A stretch of DNA of 20,820 bases from Candidatus Woesearchaeota archaeon. GTDB taxonomy: Archaea; Nanobdellota; Nanobdellia; SCGC-AAA011-G17; JACPIM01. The translations under genes and the position numbers were made by a program. Positions 1 to 8,164 of the stretch are shown piece after piece. How positions within the stretch are numbered: the first letter of the stretch is position 1; every line of letters begins with the position of its first letter. Location of the stretch: contig CAZELK010000012.1 in assembly GCA_964513145.1 (NCBI GenBank), forward strand, positions 1,580-22,399, written 5' to 3'. The notes below the pieces were generated by a model. That model saw nothing but the letters and a program-made list of their open reading frames with translations, searched no databases and was not told where the DNA came from.

Positions 1-70
1 TTATAGGCTTGATATTTGGCATAATTGGCATGGCTAATTATTTTTATTTTTACAAAGCTGGAGACAAGTA

Positions 71-343
71 TTAATCACAAATTAAACTAAATAACCCTTT
101 TTGCAATAACCATATAGAGAAAATCCAGGTAAAACTAAAATAGAATCCTAAAGCAGCAAGGCCTAAAAAAATAGCTGTAACCAAATCTAAAATACTTGCT
201 ATATCCTTAATAAAAATCAGACTTTTAATGCCCAAGAAAATTGATAAAAATAGACCAATTTCTGTAAATGTTCCAAATCTAAGAATAATGATTACTAAAC
301 CAGACAATATATCCAATAATCCCAATAATTGTATTAAAACCAT
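71..343 (-). CDS. Small hydrophobic membrane protein (3-4 TM), function unknown
   Basis: 90-aa ORF that is almost entirely hydrophobic; lies downstream of and co-oriented with the phosphoesterase gene. Confidence 0.75.
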   Translation of the reverse strand: MVLIQLLGLLDILSGLVIIILRFGTFTEIGLFLSIFLGIKSLIFIKDIASILDLVTAIFLGLAALGFYFSFTWIFSIWLLQKGLFSLICD

Positions 344-398
344 TTGCTTGCATTTTGATTTTTATTTATAAATTTTACTAGAAAGAACTATATGTTAT

Positions 399-1007
399 TC
401 AAAGATTTATAATTTTCCCTTTTTTGCCAACATTTATAACTCTTGTTTTTCCAACTAACTCTTCTATTCCTTCTGCTTCATGTACATGACCGCAGATTAA
501 AATGTCTGGTTTAAAAGCGTCTATGGCTTTTTTAAGACCTGCACTTCCTTTTACAAATTTAGAAAAATTTTCCATTAAAGTGCCTGAAGGGTGAATATGG
601 GTAACCATAATTTTTTTCGGAAGGTCTTTTACTTTTTCAAAACCTTTTTTCAAAGTTTCATAAATTTCATCTTCAGATAATTGCGACAGACCAATATTTG
701 CACCGCCGCAACCAAATAAACCAATGTCATTAAATTTTATATAATAACCATGCAAATTTGTCACATTATAAAGCTCTGCCAAGAAATCTGTTGTTGCAAT
801 AGTTTCATGATTACCCGGAAGAATTATAACTTTCTTTTTCTTATTAATGAATGGGCCGATTATTCCAGATGTATCTTCTTCTTCAACCAAGTCTCCGTTT
901 AATATAACCAAATCTACTTTTTCTTTTTCAGCCAAGTCAGCCAGCTTTCTTGCTGCGCTTTTATCGCCGTGAAAATCTCCTGCAGCCAATAATTTGAATT
1001 TTTTCAT
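399..1007 (-). CDS. Calcineurin-like metallophosphoesterase
   Basis: Motifs GDFHG, LNGDL, PGNHE, MVTHIHP and CGHVHE. Confidence 0.92.
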   Translation of the reverse strand: MKKFKLLAAGDFHGDKSAARKLADLAEKEKVDLVILNGDLVEEEDTSGIIGPFINKKKKVIILPGNHETIATTDFLAELYNVTNLHGYYIKFNDIGLFGCGGANIGLSQLSEDEIYETLKKGFEKVKDLPKKIMVTHIHPSGTLMENFSKFVKGSAGLKKAIDAFKPDILICGHVHEAEGIEELVGKTRVINVGKKGKIINL

Positions 1008-1322
1008 TTTTTGAGTTTAGGTGGAAATCTTTTTGCATTTTTTTCCATCTTCAATGCAAAAGCCTTTTCTAAGTCAACATTACACTCGTTAGACATTTTT
1101 AACAGCAAGTATAACAAATCTGCTAGTTCTTCATCCATATTAATATCTTTTTCTGACGTGTGCTGCCCCCCCATAATTTTTCATATGTAAAACATTTCTT
1201 GCTACTTCTCCTAGCTCCTCAACTATATGAGTTAAAATATCACTTGGTGGTGTTTGCCATTCTCTCTCCCTTACAAAATTATTAACATAATCTTGCATTT
1301 TTCTTATTGTCTTATCTTCCAT
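1004..1322 (-). pseudogene. MazG-like nucleotide pyrophosphohydrolase, frameshifted at a G7 run (about 105 aa if one G is removed)
   Basis: ORF 1322-1140 has HIVEELGEVA. Removing one G from the G7 run (C7 at 1166-1172 on +) continues ...GGQHTSEKDINMDEELADLLYLLLKMSNECNVDLEKAFALKMEKNAKRFPPKLKK*. That restores the second MazG EELAD motif and ends in an ATGA overlap with the next gene. Confidence 0.85.
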
Positions 1323-1401
1323 TTACTACTTCTTTTTTATAAGTTACATTATTTAATTTCCTTATAAAATTCTAGGATTGGCTCTGTATGGTGTCTGGGA
1401 A

Positions 1402-2688
1402 TTATTTAACTTTTTTAATATTTTTTATTTCTTTAAAACCAGTATATTTTTGCAAAACTTTTGGAATTTTTACAGAACCATCTTTTTGCTGATAATTTTC
1501 CAATATGCAGGCTAAAGTTCTCTGTGTAGCAATGGCAGTATTATTTAATGTATAAACAAAATTTGACTCATTATTTTTTTTATATTTTGTATTAGTTCTT
1601 CTGGCTTGATAATCTTTACAATTTGAACAAGAAGCTAACTCCCTATAAACGCCCTGGCTTGGAAACCAAGCCTCCAGATCTATTGTTTTTGCAGGAACAT
1701 TTCCTGTATCTGCTGAACATAATAAAACCAACCTATATGGGATTTTAAGAGCTTTAAAAATTTCTTCCAAATTTTTTAAAATAAGACCATACTGTTTTTC
1801 TGCCTGATCTGGAGTACAAAAAACAAATTGTTCTATTTTTTCAAATTGATGAACCCGAAAAATTCCTTTTGTGTCCTTGCCGTGCGCTCCGGCTTCTTTT
1901 CTAAAGCATGGCGAGATACCTGCAAACTGCAAAGGCAATTGTGATTCATCAAGGGTTTCATTAAAATAAAGTGCGTTTAAGGCGTGCTCTGCAGTACCAA
2001 TTAAATATAAATCTTCATTCTCAATTTTATAGATTGTATCTTCAAAAGACGCAAAAGTAATTGCTCCTGAAATAATATCTTTTCTTAACATATATGGTGG
2101 CTGAATTAAATTGAATTTTTTCTTCTTTAAAAAATCTATAGCAAAATTAATTAATGCCAAATTTAATTTTACTAATTCATTTTTCAAATAATAAAATCTT
2201 GCACCAGCAACTTTAGCAGCCTTATCTAAATCCAGAATGTCAAGATCAAGGCATAAATCAGTATGGTCTTTTAACTTGAATTTGAATTTTGGAATTTTTC
2301 CAGCTGATTTTAAAACCTTATTGTCTTTTTCATCTTTTCCTATTGGGACTGATTTATCAAGAATATTTGGAATATTCATTAATTTTTCTTTTACATTGTG
2401 CTGCAACTGCCAGTAATTTTCTTCCAATTGCTTTATTTTATTGGGCAACTCTTTTATTTCCTGAACTTTTTTAGAAATATCCTTATTTTCTTTTTTTAAA
2501 AAATTAATCTCTTCCGAAATTGTATTTCTTTTATGTCTTAAGTCATCTAAGTCTTTTTTAATTTTTAATGACAGGTCATAATCCCTTATTATTTCATCAA
2601 CCCATTTTATCTTGTCAATTTGATTTCTGTTTTTTAGATTTAACTTTACGACTTCAGAGTTACTTTTGACAAACTTTATATCTAACAT
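1402..2688 (-). CDS. serS: Seryl-tRNA synthetase (bacterial-type, class II)
   Basis: N-terminal coiled-coil arm; motifs GTAE, FRKEAG..GIFRVHQFEKIEQF, ELASCSNC and TLNNTAIA. Confidence 0.97.
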   Translation of the reverse strand: MLDIKFVKSNSEVVKLNLKNRNQIDKIKWVDEIIRDYDLSLKIKKDLDDLRHKRNTISEEINFLKKENKDISKKVQEIKELPNKIKQLEENYWQLQHNVKEKLMNIPNILDKSVPIGKDEKDNKVLKSAGKIPKFKFKLKDHTDLCLDLDILDLDKAAKVAGARFYYLKNELVKLNLALINFAIDFLKKKKFNLIQPPYMLRKDIISGAITFASFEDTIYKIENEDLYLIGTAEHALNALYFNETLDESQLPLQFAGISPCFRKEAGAHGKDTKGIFRVHQFEKIEQFVFCTPDQAEKQYGLILKNLEEIFKALKIPYRLVLLCSADTGNVPAKTIDLEAWFPSQGVYRELASCSNCKDYQARRTNTKYKKNNESNFVYTLNNTAIATQRTLACILENYQQKDGSVKIPKVLQKYTGFKEIKNIKKVK

Positions 2689-2844
2689 GACTTAGAAATC
2701 TTATTTATACTTTTAAAAGTTTTGGTAGAATAATTTAATCATGATTATTTCAATATATATTTGAAAAAGAAACATTTAAATATAGATTGAAACTTACCAC
2801 CATCAAATTGGTAAAAAAAGAGGTACTACAGGGAGGGGATATAT

Positions 2845-3123
2845 TTGACTAAAGTACCAAAAGATATTTTTGAAGTTTTTTTTAGAAAAAAACCAGCTAT
2901 GATTTTAGTAGCTTTAAGAAAGGGTGGCAGAAACAGATATGGCTCGATTTTAGCTAAAGAGGTTGATTGCACTTATTCTCATGCTGTAAAGATACTGCAA
3001 GAAATGGAAAAGGCAAAGTTAGTTGACTTTGAAAAACAAGGACGAATTAAGACTATTAAGTTAACAACTAATGGTGACAGAATTGCAGACCACATAGAAA
3101 AAATAAAAAATATTCTTTTTTAA
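2845..3123 (+). CDS. Winged-helix DNA-binding protein (MarR-like)
   Basis: TTG start 6 nt after the GGGAGGGG SD; HTH region SILAKEVDCTYSHAVKILQEM followed by a wing (VDFEKQGRIKTIKLT). Confidence 0.85.
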   Translation: MTKVPKDIFEVFFRKKPAMILVALRKGGRNRYGSILAKEVDCTYSHAVKILQEMEKAKLVDFEKQGRIKTIKLTTNGDRIADHIEKIKNILF

Positions 3124-3150
3124 TTTATATTTAATTAAATATTATAAAAA

Positions 3151-3846
3151 TTATCCAAGATAAGTTAATTCTTTATTTTCCTTAGCTGCTGAAACTTTCT
3201 CTTTATTTTCCATTATTGTTTTTATCTTGCTTTCAAATTTTGCGGCTTTTTCCAGCAAAGGCTTGTAATCAATTTTTAAGTTTAAATATTTGTCAAGAAT
3301 TTCAATTATTTTTGCAGCTGCCCGTGAATCTGGCAAAGCTGAATGTGTTTCTGCAAATAAAGCAAGAAGATTATCTCTATTCTTTAATAATAAAGATCCT
3401 GTGACACCTATAACTATTCCTTCTTTTAATGGCTGCATATTTAATTTTTTAATATCGTCTCTCCCTTTATTTAAATAATAAACATTTGGATTTGTTGATT
3501 CTGGATTTCCTATGCCTTCAATAGTAACTATTTGTTTAGCTTTTAATTCATTGATTAAGTTAGATATTTGTACTTCTAATTGCCATTCTATATTATTTAT
3601 TGATGTTAAAGCATGCAGGATAACTAAATTATATTTTTTATCATAAAAAATTCCTAATGGCTCTATAACTTTGCCTTGGTGAACAGCAACTACTGGTGGC
3701 AATTCCTCCATTCTTATTCTCCCTATCTGAACTGCACTCAAATGCTCAATTAAAAATTCAGTAGTTATTGTACCTACTAAACCGAAACCAGGAAAACCAG
3801 CAATTATTCTTACCCCTTTTGGCTTTTTATCTAATTCTAAAATCAT
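3151..3846 (-). CDS. Proteasome assembly chaperone, PAC2 family
   Basis: IAGFPGFGLVGTI and PDSRAAAKIIEIL motifs; C-terminal coiled segment. Confidence 0.9.
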   Translation of the reverse strand: MILELDKKPKGVRIIAGFPGFGLVGTITTEFLIEHLSAVQIGRIRMEELPPVVAVHQGKVIEPLGIFYDKKYNLVILHALTSINNIEWQLEVQISNLINELKAKQIVTIEGIGNPESTNPNVYYLNKGRDDIKKLNMQPLKEGIVIGVTGSLLLKNRDNLLALFAETHSALPDSRAAAKIIEILDKYLNLKIDYKPLLEKAAKFESKIKTIMENKEKVSAAKENKELTYLG

Positions 3847-3869
3847 TTAAAATGCTTTAGTCAAATTAA

Positions 3870-3882
3870 TTTATATACCTTT
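3870..3882 (-). promoter_or_regulatory. BRE/TATA promoter of the PAC2 gene
   Basis: AAAGG-TATATAAA on -, about 23 nt before the ATG at 3846; similar spacing recurs at other genes in the window. Confidence 0.7.
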
Positions 3883-3966
3883 GCATGACATCCTCCCAGC
3901 CATGAATGGTGCTCGCTTACGCTCGCACTCCTCGCTTCGCTCGGAGCTGGGTTTCCAACAGAAGCA

Positions 3967-5193
3967 TTAATCACTTCTGTATATAGTTCCTGATTCAATG
4001 ACACGCGCCTTAATAGTTTTTGGTGAAACCTTTTTCCAAAAATGTTCTTTATTGTTTTTTGGTGAAGATTTTTTCCAAAAATGTTCAGGTCTTACAGTAT
4101 CTCCACAGGCGTTAAGTTCGGCATAGTCCATGCCTACTCTTCGTATATTAATTGAAGCATTTAAATCCCTATGACAAGCAAAACCACATTTGAAACATTG
4201 AAATTGTCTTTCACTAAGAGGCATTTCTTTAATTGCCCCGCAGTTGCTGCATGTCTTGCTTGTGTTTCTTGGATTGACTTTAACAAATTGTCCACCGCTT
4301 CTTACAGCTTTGTAAGACAGCATTCGTATAAAAGAATTCCAGGAAGCATCATTTATGTGTTTTGCTAGTTTATGATTTTTAACCATATTATTTATTCTCA
4401 GGTCTTCAACTACAATAGTGTTATATCCATTTGCCAAATCAGTGCTTGTTTTATGAAGAAAATCTGTTCTTTGATCAGTTATTTTAATGTACTGCCTTGA
4501 CAAACGAAGTTTGGCTTTAAACCTGTTTTTACTTCCTTTCTTTTTTCTGCTTAATTTTTTATGTAATTTTTTTAATTTGTTTTCAGATTTGGCTAAATAT
4601 CTTGGGTTCTTTATTATTTTGCCATCTGACAGAACAGCAAAATTTTCTAATCCAACATCAATGCCAACAGATTCCCTGGAAGAATGAACTATTCTGGGAA
4701 TTTCTACTTCACAGCTGAATATGGCAAACCACTGGTCTGCCTGATTTCTTTTTATTGTCATTGTTTTTATATTTCCTTTTGGGATTCTGTCTAAGACTAT
4801 TTGTATGTTTCCTATTTTAGAAACACATAATCTTTTTTCATTAATGAATTTAAATCCTGATTGTGGGTATGTTATGCTTTTTATAGAAGACTTAAACCTG
4901 GGAAATCCTTTCTTTTTTGAATTGGTTTTTATTCTCATGAAGAAATTATTGAAAGATTTATTTACCCTATCAGATACATTCTGCTTTACCTGAGAGTGTA
5001 GGTTTTGATATTTATTGGTTAAAAATTTATTGAAATCATATTTAAACAATCCTTTTCCAGTTTCCTTGTAATTGTTTATTTATAAATTAAGAAGCTCATT
5101 ATATATTGTTTTGCAGGTCTTGAAACAATCAAGAACTCTTATTTTCTGTTTTCTTGATGGATAGATTCTGTACTTGAACATTCTTAATTCCAT
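3967..5193 (-). pseudogene. tnpB: TnpB RNA-guided endonuclease with an in-frame TAA at codon 38 (5082-5080)
   Basis: Upstream of the listed ORF the frame reads MELRMFKYRIYPSRKQK...NELLNL*INNYKETGKGL, the typical IS605 OrfB N-terminus. RuvC D (GIDVG), E (VVEDL) and D (HRDLNA) and the Zn finger (CSNC..CFKC) are intact. Confidence 0.9.
4017..4086 (-). repeat. Two 31-nt hairpin-forming copies at 39-nt period inside the tnpB 3' end (EHFWKK.SPK x2)
   Basis: 4017-4047 and 4056-4086 are 28/31 identical; each has TTTTGG...CCAAAA inverted arms. Confidence 0.9.
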
Positions 5194-5442
5194 TTTATGC
5201 TTAAATTATTTTTTTGATATTTAAGCTTTATTCTGATTTAGTGTTATTCAAGAAGTATTTTCGGAAGATTTTCGGTTTCTTCGGAAGACTTACGGGATTT
5301 ATGAAAAGTTTCCGACATGAGATTAACTGCAGAAATGTTTAAGAATAAAAAAGATACTCCAATTCATCCATGTTCTGAAGAACATGGCTTTCTATATAAC
5401 AAATAAATTTTTAAATAACAAGTGGCGTATTTTTTATTTTAT

Positions 5443-5540
5443 GGGCTCGTAGCTTAACCTGGCTATAAAAAGTATGAAAACTTTTAGTTTGCATTCGGCT
5501 CTTAACCGAAAGATTGAGGGTTCAAATCCCTCCGGGCCCG
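5443..5540 (+). tRNA. tRNA-Lys(CTT) with a 23-nt non-canonical intron at position 23/24 (5468-5490)
   Basis: Acceptor stem GGGCTCG/CGGGCCC; anticodon arm TTCGG-CTCTTAA-CCGAA; T arm GAGGG-TTCAAAT-CCCTC. The intron forms a BHB: central helix GCTA/TAGT, bulges TA|A and TT|G, intron helix AAAGT/ACTTT. Splicing restores the D stem GCT/AGC. Confidence 0.92.
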
Positions 5541-5630
5541 TCTATTTTAAAAGAATGGTTAGCGAGCAGCCTGAAGCTTGCAGGGTGCGAAACGGTGGAT
5601 ATCAAAAATTGTTTTGAAATATCTGGAAAA

Positions 5631-6194
5631 TTAGTTGCCAAATACCACTTTTTTTATCACTTTTTTCTTTCTATTATAAACTGATATAGTAGAAACAGGA
5701 AAACACGCAGGAATATTTTTTTCTTTTATATAGTTCAACAAAAATTTTATTGTTATTGCAAAAGCTCTTGCTGTAGGTATATTTTGTATTTTTTCTGGTT
5801 TTGGATTTCTATGTAAATCCATAAGAAGATTATATTTTTCTTTTTGTTTTTTTCCTAAAAGTTTCAAATTAATTGCTTTATCATATAGATGTAATAAAAC
5901 AGAACAAGGCGTATATTCATACCAATTGCCAAAACCATAACCACCACCCAAAATATCCATTTCCTTGAATTTAAATTTATCAGAATCTTCTATGTCTCTA
6001 ATCACTTCAATAAGATTTCCTTTTAAAGAAATGGAATAGGTATCAAAATAAGAACCAAAAATCCCAAATTTATCAAGTTCTTCATTAGGACATTTCTCAA
6101 TTTTTTTTAGATATTCGTCTAAATTCATAAAAAATAATCTCTTTATATGGGTATATAAAATTCGTTTAAAAATAAAGAAGATAAAATAAAACAA
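5631..6194 (-). CDS. Hypothetical protein (likely start ATG 6128, about 165 aa)
   Basis: Open frame with protein-like composition from MNLDEYL; no recognisable motif. Confidence 0.65.
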   Translation of the reverse strand: MFYFIFFIFKRILYTHIKRLFFMNLDEYLKKIEKCPNEELDKFGIFGSYFDTYSISLKGNLIEVIRDIEDSDKFKFKEMDILGGGYGFGNWYEYTPCSVLLHLYDKAINLKLLGKKQKEKYNLLMDLHRNPKPEKIQNIPTARAFAITIKFLLNYIKEKNIPACFPVSTISVYNRKKKVIKKVVFGN

Positions 6195-6229
6195 ACATTT
6201 AAATATTAGTTGGTAATATATGTTACCAT

Positions 6230-6850
6230 ATGGTAGAACTTATTAACAATATCAATTTAGAAATTATTGGTCTTTACAGGACTAGCTATTTCAATCAATT
6301 TCATATAAGAGAAATGGCTAAACTAATTAGAAAAAGCCACGTTGGGCTATTACCAAATCTGAAAAAATTAGAAGATGAGAAAATTCTTTTATCAAAACAA
6401 GTCGGTAAAAGTAAAGTTTTTTCTTTAAATTTAAATAATAATCAAACAAAAGAATTAATATTATTAGCTGAAAAGAAAAAAACATTAGAATTATTGAATA
6501 AGGAATTTTTTATTAAAAAAATTTATGATGAATATATAAAAACTAATCTTAATGGGTGCTTAATCTTATTTGGAAGTTATGCTTCAGGAATAAACACAAA
6601 GAAATCTGATATTGATTTAATATATATTGGAGAAATAAACAATAATGAAGAGAGAAAAATTAAGGATCTGGGAAATATTTACAATAAAGAGATACATTTA
6701 ACAAAAATGAGTTTGAAAGAATTAAAAGAACAATTGCAAAAACAAAACGCTTTAATTAAGGAAGTAATAAAAAATCATATTATTTTATCCAATCACGATT
6801 TTTTAATAAATGAATTATGGAGATATTATAATGAAAAAAGAGAAAAATAA
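6230..6850 (+). CDS. wHTH plus minimal nucleotidyltransferase (MNT) antitoxin
   Basis: N-terminal wHTH (FHIREMAKLI..SHVGLLPNLKKLE); MNT motif LILFGSYASG....SDIDL. Confidence 0.88.
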   Translation: MVELINNINLEIIGLYRTSYFNQFHIREMAKLIRKSHVGLLPNLKKLEDEKILLSKQVGKSKVFSLNLNNNQTKELILLAEKKKTLELLNKEFFIKKIYDEYIKTNLNGCLILFGSYASGINTKKSDIDLIYIGEINNNEERKIKDLGNIYNKEIHLTKMSLKELKEQLQKQNALIKEVIKNHIILSNHDFLINELWRYYNEKREK

Positions 6851-7355
6851 TTTATCATTTTGCTTTAAACAATCAAAGGGATTAAAACTTATTAATCCAA
6901 ATGAAAATCTTGTAGAAGTTTATAAGAAAAAATCAAAATTAGCATTGAATATGCTTAGTTCAGCTATAGAAAAAGAAGAATTTGATTGGATACTTGATAT
7001 TTCTTATTATGCGAAATATTTTATTGTTTACGCTTTATTTATGAAAACAGGAATTAAATCAGAAATTCACGATTGTACAATATCTGCATTGAAGCATTTA
7101 TTTGTTGATGAAAAAATAATTTCTCAAAATATATATAATGAACTTGAAAAATCTAAAGAATTAAGAGTTGGTGCTTTATATTACGATAAAGATTTTGGCA
7201 AAGGAGAAATATTAGAAAGAGCAAATAAATCATCAGAATTTTGTTTGGAAGTTGAGCAATTTTTAGATAAAATTTCAGAAGAGATAATAAATCAAGTAAG
7301 AAATAAATTTAATTTGTTAAAAATGAAGGAGGCAAAAAATGTCAAAAAATATTAA
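6831..7355 (+). CDS. HEPN-domain protein (partner of MNT); likely start ATG 6831
   Basis: Overlaps the MNT stop; helical HEPN-like pattern SYYAKYFIVYALF...HDCTISAL...LRVGALYY. Confidence 0.8.
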   Translation: MKKEKNNLSFCFKQSKGLKLINPNENLVEVYKKKSKLALNMLSSAIEKEEFDWILDISYYAKYFIVYALFMKTGIKSEIHDCTISALKHLFVDEKIISQNIYNELEKSKELRVGALYYDKDFGKGEILERANKSSEFCLEVEQFLDKISEEIINQVRNKFNLLKMKEAKNVKKY

Positions 7356-7437
7356 ACTACAAAAAGAAAAGTTGCTACAGGCTAATAGCCAAAAGCCACA
7401 AGCTAATAATGGGGTTCAAATCTCCCCAGGCTCGTAA
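7339..7437 (+). CDS. 32-aa ORF with a strong SD that reads through the decayed tRNA 3' repeat (possible N-terminal fragment of an att-split gene)
   Basis: AAGGAGG at 7326-7332 and ATG at 7339; MSKNIKLQKEKLLQANSQKPQANNGVQISPGS*. Confidence 0.35.
   Translation: MSKNIKLQKEKLLQANSQKPQANNGVQISPGS
7374..7408 (+). repeat. Degenerate 7-nt tandem repeat x5
   Basis: GCTACAG GCTAATA GCCAAAA GCCACAA GCTAATA. Confidence 0.7.
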
Positions 7438-7439
7438 CA

Positions 7440-8129
7440 TTATTTTAGAACTTCTACAAAAATTCTTGAGTTTACGGAATCAAATTTTGAATAAGGATGA
7501 AAACCATAAATACCAACTTCACTAACTTCACCCTCAGTAAAAACTTCTAAATTTTCTGTTTTGAGGTTTAATTTTTTTAATAGGGTATCTATATTTTCTT
7601 TAGTGAAAAATACTTTGTCTCCGCTTTTTTGATTATCTAAAAGAAAATGATCTTCTTTTTGTATAAACTCTTTTTCTGGGTTATACATTTCTGCTATATC
7701 TATATGTGAAAATGTCAGGATTAATTTATCCTTTGCCACTCTTCTCATTTCCTCAAGAGCTTGCAAAAAACTAGAACCAAATAAAGTAATTGTTTCAATT
7801 GCTACAACTAAATCAAATGAATTATTTTTAAATGGTAATTCTTCAGCATAAGCATTTACTATTCCAGGAGTTTTAGATAAATTATTTACATTATCCAACT
7901 TATCTTTGGCTTTTTTGGCTGCTGAAAAAGATAAGTCTACGCCGACAAAATAATCTGCGTCTAATGGCAATGTAGAAAAAGTCAGATCACCACAACCAAT
8001 TTCCAGCACTTTTCCAGTTATTTTTGGCAATATTTTGTAGCCCCAACTGGTGCTTATGCTGCTTAAATCTTCTGACCAAATTTTCTCCCAAAAAGCCCTA
8101 TTGCTCATTAAATTTTCTAGTAAAAACAA
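7440..8129 (-). CDS. Class I SAM-dependent methyltransferase (likely start ATG 8108)
   Basis: VLEIGCG, FVGVDLS and AEELPFKNNSFDLVVA motifs. Confidence 0.9.
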   Translation of the reverse strand: MFLLENLMSNRAFWEKIWSEDLSSISTSWGYKILPKITGKVLEIGCGDLTFSTLPLDADYFVGVDLSFSAAKKAKDKLDNVNNLSKTPGIVNAYAEELPFKNNSFDLVVAIETITLFGSSFLQALEEMRRVAKDKLILTFSHIDIAEMYNPEKEFIQKEDHFLLDNQKSGDKVFFTKENIDTLLKKLNLKTENLEVFTEGEVSEVGIYGFHPYSKFDSVNSRIFVEVLK

Positions 8130-8164
8130 TCTTTTTAAATTTAACTAACATTTAATAATTATTT

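Larger units (their letters stand above)
3865..4110 (-). ncRNA. Predicted omega/reRNA: scaffold over the tnpB 3' end and right end, plus a guide of about 20 nt from the flank (GCAAAGGTATATAAATTAAT)
   Basis: TnpB biology places the scaffold at the right end and the guide immediately outside it. Boundaries are approximate and inferred. Confidence 0.55.
3885..5395 (-). mobile_element. Non-autonomous IS200/IS605-family element (tnpB only, IS1341-like), about 1.5 kb
   Basis: Left end on -: TTAT|ATAGAAAG-CCATGTTC-TTCA-GAACATGG-ATGAATT, with a perfect 8-bp hairpin at 5368-5387. Right end on -: CCCAGC...GCTGGG-AGGATG-TCAT|, ending at 3885. tnpB lies inside; no tnpA. Exact cleavage positions are inferred from family patterns. 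Confidence 0.85.
5518..7435 (+). mobile_element. Degenerate tRNA-anchored integrated island (about 1.9 kb) bounded by a decayed direct repeat of the tRNA 3' end
   Basis: 5518-5541 and 7412-7435 match at 20/24 positions without gaps, and all mismatches are transitions. Cargo is a hypothetical ORF and an MNT-HEPN pair. Confidence 0.55.

Noticed and set aside
1368-1403. Hairpin after serS with a closing stem similar to the hairpin at 16430-16460
   Set aside because: The similarity is short (CTGGGAATT). They are plausibly terminator-like but too weak to call a family or a feature.
5080-5082. Stop-codon reassignment explaining the TAA in tnpB and after IntN
   Set aside because: TAA and TGA terminate normal genes throughout the window, and the post-IntN sequence is non-coding with further stops.
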